A DNA stretch of 64,000 nucleotides. It comes from Candidatus Eiseniibacteriota bacterium. GTDB lineage: Bacteria; Eisenbacteria; RBG-16-71-46. The stretch spans positions 32,001 through 96,000 of the forward strand of contig JBBRLX010000009.1 in assembly GCA_038231135.1 (NCBI GenBank). The letters are read 5' to 3'. The first letter of the stretch is position 1; each line of letters starts with the position of its first letter. The translations under genes were made by a program, and so were the position numbers. The notes below the pieces were generated by a model. It saw nothing but the letters and a program-made list of their open reading frames with translations, searched no databases and was not told where the DNA came from. This document shows positions 21,852 to 31,778 of this stretch, one piece after another.

Positions 21852-22937
21852 TCAGCGCACCGGGCGCAGCCGGCTCGCCGGCTCGATCACGATCCGCACC
21901 TGCCGCAGCCGCGCGCCGGCGCAATCGACCACCGGCGCCGGCGTGCGCAGCCGGAACCGCAGCCGCGAATAGGTCTCGTAGGCGATGGCGTGCGGGCCGC
22001 ACGTCGTGGCCTGGAGTTGGAATGCGCGCGGGGAACCCAGCAGCAGCTCGACCGAGTCGCGGGTGGTGGGCGTGTCCTCGAGCCACAGTGCGACCGGCAC
22101 GCGCTCGGGCAGCGGCTGGTCCCACTGCACCTCGATCGTGCCCTCGATGCGGCAGGTGCACGAATCGGGTCCCTGCGGCGCGGCCGCGATCGCGCCCACC
22201 GCGGACCCGGTCGCGGTCGAGTCGTCGTCGCCCGAGGAATCGGGGCGTCCGGGCGAGATCACGACATCGGCCATGAGGCTCGCCTGCACGTCCTCCGGCT
22301 CGCCTTCGTGACCGGGAATGCCGCGGAACGACACGCGCACCGTGTCCCGCAGCACACCGTCCGCCAGCGCGCGGGCGAGCTGGTTCGTCACGCCCTGGTC
22401 GTTCGACCCGATGATGATGTGCCGCGCGCCGCGGGCGTCGTCGCTCGCGGTGAGACTCATGCGCAGCCGCGACGCGCCGCTGCCGAGTCCCACCCGGTAC
22501 CCCGCCTTGCGCGCGTCGACCCACAGCGTCACCGGCGAGCGCAGCATGCCGTCGAGTCCGCCGAGCGGCACCGTCACCGAGTAGGCGCCGGCCTTCGACG
22601 TCATGACTTCGGTGCGGCGGGTGCCCTCGAGGAACACCTGGGCGAACTCCAGCGGGTGCCCCGCGTCGTCGAGCACGCGGCCGCGGAACGTGAGCATCCC
22701 GGGATTCGCCGGGGGATGGCTGTCGAACGATTCCGGCGGCAGTGAATCCGCGGCCGGCGCCGTATGCGCGGCCGCGCGGGACGCGGTGGTTCGTGCCGGC
22801 GCCGGGCGCGCGCCGGACGCCGCCGGCAGCGCCGGGCGCGCGCCCGCGCGGGGCGGCGCCACCGCGGCCGCGGCCGACAGCGCCAGCAGCACGGACGCGA
22901 TCAGCGTCGCCGCGAACCTCCGTCGCTCCCGGATCAC
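21852..22937 (-). CDS. Exported hypothetical protein with carboxypeptidase-regulatory-like (prealbumin-fold) domain(s)
   Basis: The GTG overlaps the upstream TGA. Signal peptide, Ala/Pro linker, then RGRVLDDAGHPLEFAQVFL...T..AGAY. Confidence 0.7.
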   Translation of the reverse strand: MIRERRRFAATLIASVLLALSAAAAVAPPRAGARPALPAASGARPAPARTTASRAAAHTAPAADSLPPESFDSHPPANPGMLTFRGRVLDDAGHPLEFAQVFLEGTRRTEVMTSKAGAYSVTVPLGGLDGMLRSPVTLWVDARKAGYRVGLGSGASRLRMSLTASDDARGARHIIIGSNDQGVTNQLARALADGVLRDTVRVSFRGIPGHEGEPEDVQASLMADVVISPGRPDSSGDDDSTATGSAVGAIAAAPQGPDSCTCRIEGTIEVQWDQPLPERVPVALWLEDTPTTRDSVELLLGSPRAFQLQATTCGPHAIAYETYSRLRFRLRTPAPVVDCAGARLRQVRIVIEPASRLRPVR

Positions 22938-24316
22938 CGCACGGCCGGCACGGCCGCGCCCAGCTCCTCGTACAGGTAGGCCACGCTGTTCGTGCCGCCG
23001 TGGAACGAACTCAGCGAGATCTTCTCGTTCGGCGCGTGCACGTTGTCGTCGTCGAGGCCGAACCCCATGAGGATGCAGGGCAGTCCGTGCGTTGCCTGGA
23101 ACGTCGCCATCACCGGGATCGAGCCACCCTCGCGCATCATCGCAACCGGCTTCGGCCACGCGCGCGACAACGCGCGCCTCGCCGATTCGATCATCGGGTG
23201 CCGCGGATCGGTCACGAACGGGGCGCCACCGTGCAGGTTCTTCACGACGACGGTCACGCCGGGAGGCGCGAGCCGCTTCACGTGCACCTCGAACCTGCCG
23301 AACAACGCTTCGGGGTCCTGGTCGGGCACCAGCCGCATGCTGACCTTCGCCGCAGCGAACGACGGCAGCACGGTCTTGCTGCCCTCGCCGGTGTAGCCGC
23401 TCCACATGCCGTTCACATCGAGCGTCGGCCGCACCGAGATGCGCTCGAGCGTGGTGTAGCCGGCCTCGCCGAACGGCGCGGGCGCGCCGCTCTCCGCGAG
23501 GTACGCCGGCTCGTCGAACGGCGCCGCGCGCAGCAGGTCGCGCTCGGCGGCGTCGATCTTCTTCACCGCGTCGTAGAACCCGGGTTGCGTGGCGCGGCCG
23601 TCCGAGTCCTTGAGCGCCGCGATGATCGTGCACAGCGCGTTCGCGGGGTTCTGCACCGCGCCGCCGAAGTGGCCGGAATGCAGGTCGTGCGATGGCCCGG
23701 TGACCTCGATCTGCGTGTACAGGATGCCGCGCAGGCCATACGTGAGCGCCGGCTGATCCGGCCCGAGCATCGCGGTGTCGCTCACCACGATCACATCGGC
23801 GTCGAGCCGCGCCCGCTGCGCGCGCAGGAACGCCGCGAGGTTGTCGCTGCCGACCTCCTCCTCGCCCTCGATCACGAGCTTGAGATTGATCGGCAGCGTC
23901 TTGTGGACGGCGAAGTGCGCTTCGATGGCGTTCAGGTGCATGTACACCTGGCCCTTGTCGTCCACGGCGCCGCGGGCGAACAGCTTGCCGTCGCGCAGCG
24001 TCGGCTCGAATGGCGGCGACTTCCACAGCTCGAGTGGCTCGGGCGGCTGCACGTCGTAGTGGCCATACACGAGCGCCGTGGGTTTGCCGGGCGCCCCGAG
24101 CCATTCGGCGTACACGATCGGGTGGCCCGCGGTCGCCACCACCTCGACCTGCGTCATGCCGATCGCGCGCAGCCGGTCGGCGATGTGCTGCGCGCAGCGC
24201 GCGACGTCGTCCTTGTGCTCGGCCTGCGCGCTGACGCTGGGAATGCGCAGCACGGCCTTCAGCGATTCGAGGAACGCCTCGCGGTGATCTTCGAGATAGC
24301 GGGTCAGCGCATCCAT
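22934..24316 (-). CDS. M20 family dipeptidase (DapE/Dug1-like)
   Basis: YGHYDVQP, ARGAVDDKGQ, EGEEEVGS, DLHSG, EGGSIP, HAPNE. Confidence 0.95.
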   Translation of the reverse strand: MDALTRYLEDHREAFLESLKAVLRIPSVSAQAEHKDDVARCAQHIADRLRAIGMTQVEVVATAGHPIVYAEWLGAPGKPTALVYGHYDVQPPEPLELWKSPPFEPTLRDGKLFARGAVDDKGQVYMHLNAIEAHFAVHKTLPINLKLVIEGEEEVGSDNLAAFLRAQRARLDADVIVVSDTAMLGPDQPALTYGLRGILYTQIEVTGPSHDLHSGHFGGAVQNPANALCTIIAALKDSDGRATQPGFYDAVKKIDAAERDLLRAAPFDEPAYLAESGAPAPFGEAGYTTLERISVRPTLDVNGMWSGYTGEGSKTVLPSFAAAKVSMRLVPDQDPEALFGRFEVHVKRLAPPGVTVVVKNLHGGAPFVTDPRHPMIESARRALSRAWPKPVAMMREGGSIPVMATFQATHGLPCILMGFGLDDDNVHAPNEKISLSSFHGGTNSVAYLYEELGAAVPAVR

Positions 24317-24472
24317 ATTCGGGCTCCGTCGGGAGGTTCGAGGTTGCGGCGCGACGGGCGGGGACACCGCCGCCGGCACGTGCAGCCGGCTTGGGGAATG
24401 ATGTTCTTCCGATCGCGCCGGATGCTGTACGCTGCATGGCTCGAACCTGACGCTAGGAGCGCACGAACCAGA

Positions 24473-24682
24473 ATGCAAGTTCACATCGTCCGCCGGGAAT
24501 GCTGCGGCAACGCGGCATGCAGGGAGATCGCTCCCGACGTATTCGCGATCGACAGCCAGCAGAAGGCCGTCGTGCTGGATCCGGAAGCCGCCCCGGTCGA
24601 ACTGCTGATCGAGGCCGCCGAAGCGTGCCCGTGCCAGGCGATCGTGATCGAGGACGACGACGGCAACCGGGTGTTCCCGTAG
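24473..24682 (+). CDS. Single-cluster ferredoxin (probably [3Fe-4S])
   Basis: C-x-x-N-x-x-C (CCGNAAC)...APDVF...AAEACPCQAI; 69 aa. Confidence 0.88.
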   Translation: MQVHIVRRECCGNAACREIAPDVFAIDSQQKAVVLDPEAAPVELLIEAAEACPCQAIVIEDDDGNRVFP

Positions 24683-24705
24683 GCGGGTCCAGGGGAGGCT
24701 TCGTC

Positions 24706-24978
24706 ATGTGCCGGAACATCAAGACTCTCTACAATTTCGCGCCGCCGGCGTCGGACGACGAGGTGCGCGCGTCCGCGCTGCAGTTCGTGCGGAAGCTGAG
24801 CGGATTCACGGCGCCGTCGCGCGCGAACGAGGCCGTGTTCGCTCGCGCGGTGGACGAAGTCTCGGAGGCGGCGCGCCGGCTGCTCGACGAGCTGGTGACG
24901 AACGCGCCGGCCAGGGATCGCGAGATCGAGGCGCAACGGGCGCAAGAGCGCAGCGCGAAGCGCTTCGGTACTTCGTAG
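24706..24978 (+). CDS. DUF2277 family protein
   Basis: MCRNIKTLYNFAPPASDDEVRASALQFVRKLSGF; GGAGG RBS. Confidence 0.88.
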   Translation: MCRNIKTLYNFAPPASDDEVRASALQFVRKLSGFTAPSRANEAVFARAVDEVSEAARRLLDELVTNAPARDREIEAQRAQERSAKRFGTS

Positions 24979-25039
24979 CCGGCGTTCCGATCCGGCGCCG
25001 GGGCGTCCGCCGCCCATGCGCCGACGGAGCCAGCCCGCT

Positions 25040-25690
25040 TCAGCGCCGGACGCCGACCCACAGCCCGTCGCCGATCGGAACGATGATGCCGTCCACGCCC
25101 TTGGACCCGGCCATGGTCTCGTTGAACGCCCGCACCGCGGGAACCTCGCGGTCGGTCGCGTTCTTGTCGAACAACTGGCCGAACGCGAACGCATTGTCGG
25201 CCATGATCAGGCCGCCCGTACGCACGATGCGCAGGCACTGTTCTAGATACTTGCCGTAGCTGCCCTTGTCGGCGTCGAGGAACGCGGCGTCGGCGGAGCC
25301 GTCCGCGAACTTCGGCAGCACGTCCATGCCGGCGCCGGCATGCACCTCGATGCGGGCCGCCACGTCGGAGCGCGCGATCCAGGCCTTCGCGAACTCGACA
25401 TGCTTCGGCTCCAGCTCGATCGTGCGCACCCGGCCGTCGGCGGGCAGCGCGCGCGCCATCGCGATCGCCGAATAGCCCGCCAGCGTTCCCACCTCGACCA
25501 CCTCGCGCGCGTGCGCGAGCTTGAGCAGGATCTGCATGAAGCTCGCCTGCTCGGGTGCGACCCAGATCGACGGAATCCCCGCGACGCGCGCCGCGGCCTT
25601 GAGGTCCGCGAGGAACGCGTCCTCGCGCGTGGTGCGCTCGGCGATGTAGCGAAAGTGCTCGGCGGTGACGACGCTCGACTCTTCGGACAT
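25040..25690 (-). CDS. Class I SAM-dependent O-methyltransferase (caffeoyl-CoA OMT/YrrM-like)
   Basis: VEVGTLAGYS, FLDADK..Y, GGLIMADN, PIGDGL. Confidence 0.92.
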   Translation of the reverse strand: MSEESSVVTAEHFRYIAERTTREDAFLADLKAAARVAGIPSIWVAPEQASFMQILLKLAHAREVVEVGTLAGYSAIAMARALPADGRVRTIELEPKHVEFAKAWIARSDVAARIEVHAGAGMDVLPKFADGSADAAFLDADKGSYGKYLEQCLRIVRTGGLIMADNAFAFGQLFDKNATDREVPAVRAFNETMAGSKGVDGIIVPIGDGLWVGVRR

Positions 25691-25701
25691 GGGCCACTCC
25701 C

Positions 25702-25932
25702 TCAGGGTTGGCTGGCGGACACGGCGTAGCTCTCGAGGTACCCGCACTGCGGGCAGCGCCACGCCGTAATCTCGATGTGCTGGCGGCCGCTGGTGCTCAG
25801 GCCGGTCCAGAACGACTTCCTGGGCGCACCCTCGACCCACTCACCCGCGACCTGGCCGCCGTGCGAGTGATCGAGTTGATAGCCGCGCTCCATGGCGACG
25901 CGGCACTTGGGACATTCCGGAAACGCGTTCAT
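25702..25932 (-). CDS. Small zinc-ribbon protein (DUF6487-like)
   Basis: CPKC...MERG...RCPQCGYLESYA; ATGA overlap with the upstream gene. Confidence 0.8.
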   Translation of the reverse strand: MNAFPECPKCRVAMERGYQLDHSHGGQVAGEWVEGAPRKSFWTGLSTSGRQHIEITAWRCPQCGYLESYAVSASQP

Positions 25933-27002
25933 CCGCCCCCCGCAGGCACCGCGACGCTGCCGCGGCGATAGCCGTCCATCACCTCGTCGAGCACCGCGCG
26001 CGACGGCCGCACCACCTCGAGCGGCAGTTGCGCGAGCGGCGTGTCGGTCAGCTCGAGCTCGTCGTCGAACGGACGCGTCGCCGGATCGATGTACAGCAGA
26101 CCGGTGACGAGCTTGTGTTCGTGCTTGCCCTCGCGCAGCGCCGCGAACGCCGCGTCCCGGTTGGTCGCGTCGTAGTCCGTCGCGAGCTTCTTCAGGTAGA
26201 TGTGGGAGCCGTCCGGCATCCGCACCTCGCGCGTGGTGCCGGGCGCGTAGTCGACCGTGATGTCCTCGAAGTACGGCACGTACTCGATGTCGTGCAGCGG
26301 CGAGTCGCTCTGCTTGACCGCCGCGTACGACTTGGTCGAGCCCTCGTGGTCGGCGAACGTCACGCACGGGCTGATCACGTCGATCACCGCCGTGCCGCGA
26401 TGCGCGAACGCCGCCTTGAGCAGCGGTCGCAGCTGCTTCTGGTCACCCGAGAACGACCGCGCCACGAACCCGCAACCCAGCTCGAGCGCGATGGCGCAGC
26501 AGTCGATCGGAATCAGGTCGTTCGCGAGTCCGGTCTTCATGGTGCTGCCGACGTCGGCGGTGGCCGAGAACTGGCCCTTGGTGAGCCCGTACACGCCGTT
26601 GTTCTCGATGATGTACACGACCGGCACGTTGCGGCGCACGAGGTGGCAGAACTGCCCGAGCCCGATGCTCGCGGTGTCGCCGTCGCCCGACACGCCGATC
26701 AGCAGCAGCGACTTGTTCGCGATGCGCACGCCGGTGGCGATGCTCGGCATGCGGCCGTGCACGGCGTTGAACCCGTGCGACTGCCCGATGAAGTACGCCG
26801 GCGTCTTGCTGGAGCAGCCGATGCCCGACAGCTTCGCCACCTGGTGCGGCTCGAGCGCCGCCTCGTAGGCGGCCTGGATGATCCCCGCCGTGATCGCGTT
26901 GTGGCCGCAGCCCGGGCACAGCGTGGTCCTGGCGCCGTCGTAGTCGGCGCGCGTCAGCCCGATTCGATTCCGCCCCGCGGGGGCGCTGGGTGCTTCGGTC
27001 AT
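25929..27002 (-). CDS. 2-oxoacid:ferredoxin oxidoreductase beta subunit
   Basis: LCPGCGH, SGIGCSSK, HGRM, TPP motif GDGD...ENNGVYGLTKGQ, SPCVTF. Confidence 0.96.
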   Translation of the reverse strand: MTEAPSAPAGRNRIGLTRADYDGARTTLCPGCGHNAITAGIIQAAYEAALEPHQVAKLSGIGCSSKTPAYFIGQSHGFNAVHGRMPSIATGVRIANKSLLLIGVSGDGDTASIGLGQFCHLVRRNVPVVYIIENNGVYGLTKGQFSATADVGSTMKTGLANDLIPIDCCAIALELGCGFVARSFSGDQKQLRPLLKAAFAHRGTAVIDVISPCVTFADHEGSTKSYAAVKQSDSPLHDIEYVPYFEDITVDYAPGTTREVRMPDGSHIYLKKLATDYDATNRDAAFAALREGKHEHKLVTGLLYIDPATRPFDDELELTDTPLAQLPLEVVRPSRAVLDEVMDGYRRGSVAVPAGGG

Positions 27003-27077
27003 GAGGCTCTCGTCGTTGGAAGAACGTTGGGTGCGTCCGGGCAACGATAGTACACAGGTCGTCCAGCCCGTCCCAAC

Positions 27078-28217
27078 TCAGCCGCCCGTGGCCGCGTCCG
27101 CCTTCGGATACGTCCCCAGCACCCGCAAGTCCACCGTGAGCGGCCGCACGTCCCCGATCGCGGCGGACACCGGCGCCGAGGCCGCGTGGCCTTCGAGGTC
27201 GAGGAAGAACCGGTACTGCCACGGCGTGCCGGGCAGCGGGCGGGACTCGATGCGCGTGAGGTTCACGCCGCGCGCGCTGAACCGCGCGAGCACCTCGCCC
27301 AGCGCGCCCGGGTGGTCGGAGAGCACGAGCAGCAGCGACGTCTTGCACAGGACACCGTCCGCCACCGGCGCCGCCTCGCGCGCGATCTCGACGAACCGCG
27401 TGTAGTTGCCGCGCTGGGTCTGGATGCCGCGCGCCAGCACCGCGAGGCCGTACACGCGGCCCGCGGATTCGCTCGCGATCGCGGCCAGCGTGCGGTCGTT
27501 GGCGTCGCGCACCCGGCGCGCGGAGCCCGCGGTGTCGAATTCGGCGCGCGCGGCGAGCCACGGCCGGGCCGCCAGGTACTCCTCGCACTGCGCGAGCGCC
27601 TGGGGGTGCGACAGCACGATGCGCACGTCCTCGAGCACCACGCCCGGCATCGCGAGCAGGCAGTGCTCGATCAGGCTCACGACTTCGGCGTTGATCGTGA
27701 CGTTGCCTTCGCCGAGCAGGTCGTAGGTGTCGCTCACGCCGCCCGCCGTGGTGTTCTCGACAGGCAGCAACGCCACGTCGGCCGCGCCGCTCGTCACCGC
27801 CGCCACCGCGCCGCGGAACGTGTCGAAGCCCAGGAGCAGTGCGCCGCCCGGGCGGCCGCCGTAACGGCGCTGGGCCGCCAGGTGGCTGAACGCGCCTTCG
27901 ATGCCCTGATAGGCGACACGCAGCGGCACCGTCTCGAGCGCGTGGACGAACGCCTGCTGGCGCGCGATCGACATCTCCATGATGAGCCGGTACAGCCGCT
28001 CGATCTCGTGGGGGTCGAGCTTCAGCTCCACCGCGAGGTGCCGGACGCGCTCGATGACCTGGTCCTCGCGGATCGGATCGCGGAACGGCGTCGCCGTGTC
28101 GAGCTTGCCGCGCGCGATCGCCTCGCTGAGCGTCATGCGCTCCTTGAGCAGTGCCAGCAGCCGGCGGTCGAGCGCCTCGATCGCGGCGCGGGTCTCCTCG
28201 AGGTCGGGCGGCGTCAT
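27078..28217 (-). CDS. pheA: Bifunctional chorismate mutase / prephenate dehydratase with ACT domain
   Basis: N-terminal CM (RAAIEALDRRLLALLKER); VAYQG..GAFS, PVENT, SHPQALAQC, NYTRF, NLTRIESRP. Confidence 0.95.
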   Translation of the reverse strand: MTPPDLEETRAAIEALDRRLLALLKERMTLSEAIARGKLDTATPFRDPIREDQVIERVRHLAVELKLDPHEIERLYRLIMEMSIARQQAFVHALETVPLRVAYQGIEGAFSHLAAQRRYGGRPGGALLLGFDTFRGAVAAVTSGAADVALLPVENTTAGGVSDTYDLLGEGNVTINAEVVSLIEHCLLAMPGVVLEDVRIVLSHPQALAQCEEYLAARPWLAARAEFDTAGSARRVRDANDRTLAAIASESAGRVYGLAVLARGIQTQRGNYTRFVEIAREAAPVADGVLCKTSLLLVLSDHPGALGEVLARFSARGVNLTRIESRPLPGTPWQYRFFLDLEGHAASAPVSAAIGDVRPLTVDLRVLGTYPKADAATGG

Positions 28218-29134
28218 GGATGCCAGGGGCCGGTGCGCGGTTTGCCCGGCGCGGGGGCCGGCTCGAGCAGCTCGAGCCAGATGCCGTGGGCGATCGACGG
28301 CGGCACGAGCACGCTGCGCCCGCGGCGGTCGGCGTGGGCGTCGAAGCGGCGGCGCAGGTTGCGCTCGAGCACTTCGGTCGCGGTCGTGAGGCTCCCGACT
28401 TCGACGGTGATGCCGAGCACCGCATGCGCGGGACGGCCGCATTGCCGCGCCGGGCAGCCGGTCAGGTACACGGCGCCGTTCTGGAGTTCGACGCGACGCG
28501 CTCCGGCGTGCGCCAGCGGCAGCGTGGTGTCGGCGACGGTCTTCGCACCCACGGCCTCCAGCAACCGGCGCGTCGGGCCCGAGGAGTCCGCCGCCACCCA
28601 GACGGCGAGCAATCCCCGCGCCGTGTTGGCGTGCGTGGTGATCGCCACCGGCTCTACCATCGTCTGACGATAGTCGATGAAGAACACGTGCGACCCGCTC
28701 AACTGCGGGACGAGGAAGCTGTAGGGGCCGGCGGAGACGACGCTGGGCCGCGGCGCGAGCGGCCGGATGCGCGCCGCGACGGAATCGACGTCGCCGGCCG
28801 CCACCGCGAACCCGTCGAGGCCCTCGCCGGCGGCGAGGAAGTTCACGTAGCCCTCGGCGGTCTCGTCCTCGGGCCTCGCGGCCGTGATCAGTTCCAGCGA
28901 CGTGCCGTCGAAGAACTTCACGAGGTCGTCGCGGAGGGTGTTGTCGTTCAGCCGCCCCGGCTTGATCGTGAACCCGAGCTTGTCGCGGAACGTGCGGTCG
29001 GCGAGGCCGATGTCGTGGACCACGATCGGCACGTGGTCGAGCCGCAGCGTCGCCGCTGCGGGCTGGACGCCAACCAGGATTGCGGCGAGGGCCGGCGCCA
29101 CGAGCGTTGCGCTCCACCCGCCGCGCGGCCTCAC
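28214..29134 (-). CDS. VOC/glyoxalase-like protein with signal peptide
   Basis: LDHVPIVV...LGFTIKPG...DGTSLEL, HANTARG, HGIWLEL; N-terminal signal-like stretch. Confidence 0.8.
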   Translation of the reverse strand: MRPRGGWSATLVAPALAAILVGVQPAAATLRLDHVPIVVHDIGLADRTFRDKLGFTIKPGRLNDNTLRDDLVKFFDGTSLELITAARPEDETAEGYVNFLAAGEGLDGFAVAAGDVDSVAARIRPLAPRPSVVSAGPYSFLVPQLSGSHVFFIDYRQTMVEPVAITTHANTARGLLAVWVAADSSGPTRRLLEAVGAKTVADTTLPLAHAGARRVELQNGAVYLTGCPARQCGRPAHAVLGITVEVGSLTTATEVLERNLRRRFDAHADRRGRSVLVPPSIAHGIWLELLEPAPAPGKPRTGPWHP

Positions 29135-29922
29135 ACCAGCACGCCCCTCAGCACCGTGACCGCCTGGCCGCCGAGCATCACGCGGTCGCCGTCGATGCGC
29201 ACCCGCACGGTGCCGCCGCGCGCCGACAACTGGTGGCCGACCATCTCGGCCAGACCGAGCTTGGAACCCCAGTAGGGCGCGAGCGCGCAGTGCGCGGAGC
29301 CGGTGACGGCGTCCTCAGGCACGCCGGCGCGCGGCGCGAAGAATCGCGACACGAAATCGACTCCGGCGGAATCCGCGCGGCTCGTCACGATCACGCCGCG
29401 CGCCTCGACCTTCGCGAGCTTCGCGAAGTCGGGCTGGACGCCGCGCACGTCGGCCTCCGAACCGACCTCGACGAGATAGTCGAACACGTTCCTGCCCACG
29501 TACAAAGGCTTCACGCCGAGCGCCGCCGCGAGACCCGCGGGCGCCGGGGCCTGCTCGACCGGCTTGAGCGGGAAATCGAGCTCGATCCACGCGCCTTTCC
29601 GCGACGCCGACAGCACGCCGCTCTGCGTATGGAACCGCAGCGTGGCACGCGGCTCCACCGTCGCGCTCTCCCACAGCACGTGCGCGCTCGCGAGCGTCGC
29701 GTGGCCGCACAGCGCCACCTCGACCTCGGGCGTGAACCAGCGCAGGTCGAAGCCGTCGCCGGGATGCGGCACCAGGAACGCGGTTTCAGCATGCTTCATC
29801 TCGGCGGCGATGCTCTGCATCCACGACTCGTCCTGCGGAGCCTCGAGCAGACACACCGCCGCGGGGTTGCCCTCGAACGCGCGTTCGGCGAACGCGTCCA
29901 CCGTGAAGATGGGTACGCTCAT
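29131..29922 (-). CDS. PhzF family epimerase/isomerase
   Basis: VDAF...GNPAAV, ETAF, LRWFTP..EV.LCGHATLA, EDAVTGSAHC, RGG. Confidence 0.95.
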   Translation of the reverse strand: MSVPIFTVDAFAERAFEGNPAAVCLLEAPQDESWMQSIAAEMKHAETAFLVPHPGDGFDLRWFTPEVEVALCGHATLASAHVLWESATVEPRATLRFHTQSGVLSASRKGAWIELDFPLKPVEQAPAPAGLAAALGVKPLYVGRNVFDYLVEVGSEADVRGVQPDFAKLAKVEARGVIVTSRADSAGVDFVSRFFAPRAGVPEDAVTGSAHCALAPYWGSKLGLAEMVGHQLSARGGTVRVRIDGDRVMLGGQAVTVLRGVLV

Positions 29923-31772
29923 CAGCGGTCCTCCCTCGCCCCGACGATGGACTCGGCTTCCGCCCGGGGAGCACGGCGCCCCTCCTGGCGGAGGATCTCG
30001 TCGGTGATGGTATGCGCGTCGATCGGCAGGCCGTCGTAGTGACGCACCGACCGCACGCGTTCGGAATCGAATCCGGTCTCGAGCCGGACGATCTGGGCCA
30101 TCTGACCGTCGCGATTCTGTTCGACCACGTAGAGCCGCGGGTAGCGCGCGACGAACGCCGCGAATTCCGGCGTGAACGGCAGCGCCCGGAGCAGCAGGTA
30201 GCCGGTCGGGATGCCCTTCGCGGCCAGCTGGTCGCGCGCCTCGACGATCGCCCAGTGCGTCGAGCCGAACGCGATCAGTCCGGCCTCGGCGCCCGGCACG
30301 TCGTCGATCACCGGTTTCGGCATCAGCGTGCGCGCGGTCTCGAACTTCTTCGCCAGCCGGTCCATGACGCGGACGTAGGTCTCGGGGTCCTCGGTGTAGC
30401 GGGCGCCCTCGTCGTGGCCCGACCCGCGCGTGAAGTACGAGCCCTTCGGGTCCTTCACTCCGGGCAGCGTCCGCGACGGGATGCCGTCGCCATCCGCGTC
30501 CTTGTAGCGCTCGAACCTGGGCAGCGCGGCCAGCTCGGCGTCGGTGAGCACCTTGCCGCGGTCCCACGGCTGCTCGGGATACGGGAATGGGTCGCTCATC
30601 CAGTTGTTCATTCCGATGTCGAGATCGCTGAGCACGAACACCGGCGTCTGCAGCCGCTCGGCCAGATCGAACGCCTGCATGCCGAAGTCGAAGCAGTCGC
30701 GCACCGAGCTCGGCAGCAGAATCGGATGCCGCGTGTCGCCGTGCGACATCGACCACACGAACGACAGATCGCCCTGCGACGTGCGGGTCGGCAGCCCGGT
30801 CGAGGGACCGATGCGCTGGATGTCCCAGATCACCGCCGGGATCTCGGCGTAGTAACCGTAGCCCGCGAACTCGGTCATCAGCGACAGGCCGGGCCCCGAC
30901 GTCGAGGTCATCGCCCTGGCGCCCGCCCAGTTCGCGCCGAGCACCATGCCGATCGCCGCAATCTCGTCCTCGGCCTGCACGACGGCGAACGTGGCCTTGC
31001 CGGTGACCGGATCCTTGCGGTGCTTGTGGAGGAAGCCGATCAGCGCCTCGACCAGGCTCGACGACGGCGTGATCGGATACCACGTCACCACGGTGACGCC
31101 GCCGAACATCGCCCCCAGCGCACCCGCGGTGTTGCCGTCGATCAGGATCTTGCCGGCGGTCGCGTTCATGCGCTCGAGCGTGTAGGGATCGCGCTTCGTG
31201 AGCGTGCCTCGCGCCCATTCCCAGCCGGCGCGCACCGCCTGGTGATTGAGCGCGAGCGCCTTGGGCTTGCGGCCGAGCAGCGCGTCGAGCGCGCGCTCGA
31301 TCTCGTCCTCGGCGATGCCGAGCAGCTCGGCCAGCACGCCGACGTAGATCATGTTCACGACCAGCCGTCGCAGCTTCACGTCCTGCGTGATCGGCGTGAT
31401 CAGCTGCTGCATCGGCACGGCGTACACGAACCGGTCCGCCGGGATGTCGGGCACCTTGATCGCCTCGTTCAGCACGATCACGCTGCCCGGCCCCATCGCG
31501 GCGACGTCGGACGCCGCGGTCTCGGGGTTCATCACCACCAGCACGTCGTTGTGCTTGCTGCGCGCGATGTAGCCGTGCCGGTTGACGCGGATCGTGAACC
31601 ACGTCGGCAGCCCCGCGATGTTCGACGGGAACAGGTTCTTGCCGCTGACCGGAATGCCCATCTGGAAGATCGCGCGCAGCAGCACCGCATTCGCGGTCTG
31701 GCTGCCGGAGCCGTTCACCGTCGCGATGTGGAGGCTGAAGTCGTTGGTTCTCGAACCACGCTCGGATGTCAT
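29922..31772 (-). CDS. 2-oxoacid:acceptor oxidoreductase alpha subunit (gamma-alpha fused)
   Basis: TVNGSGSQ, WYPITPSS, QAEDEIAA, TSTSGPG, QRIGPSTGLPT, VEQNRDGQ. Confidence 0.96.
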   Translation of the reverse strand: MTSERGSRTNDFSLHIATVNGSGSQTANAVLLRAIFQMGIPVSGKNLFPSNIAGLPTWFTIRVNRHGYIARSKHNDVLVVMNPETAASDVAAMGPGSVIVLNEAIKVPDIPADRFVYAVPMQQLITPITQDVKLRRLVVNMIYVGVLAELLGIAEDEIERALDALLGRKPKALALNHQAVRAGWEWARGTLTKRDPYTLERMNATAGKILIDGNTAGALGAMFGGVTVVTWYPITPSSSLVEALIGFLHKHRKDPVTGKATFAVVQAEDEIAAIGMVLGANWAGARAMTSTSGPGLSLMTEFAGYGYYAEIPAVIWDIQRIGPSTGLPTRTSQGDLSFVWSMSHGDTRHPILLPSSVRDCFDFGMQAFDLAERLQTPVFVLSDLDIGMNNWMSDPFPYPEQPWDRGKVLTDAELAALPRFERYKDADGDGIPSRTLPGVKDPKGSYFTRGSGHDEGARYTEDPETYVRVMDRLAKKFETARTLMPKPVIDDVPGAEAGLIAFGSTHWAIVEARDQLAAKGIPTGYLLLRALPFTPEFAAFVARYPRLYVVEQNRDGQMAQIVRLETGFDSERVRSVRHYDGLPIDAHTITDEILRQEGRRAPRAEAESIVGAREDR

Positions 31773-31778
31773 GTCGCC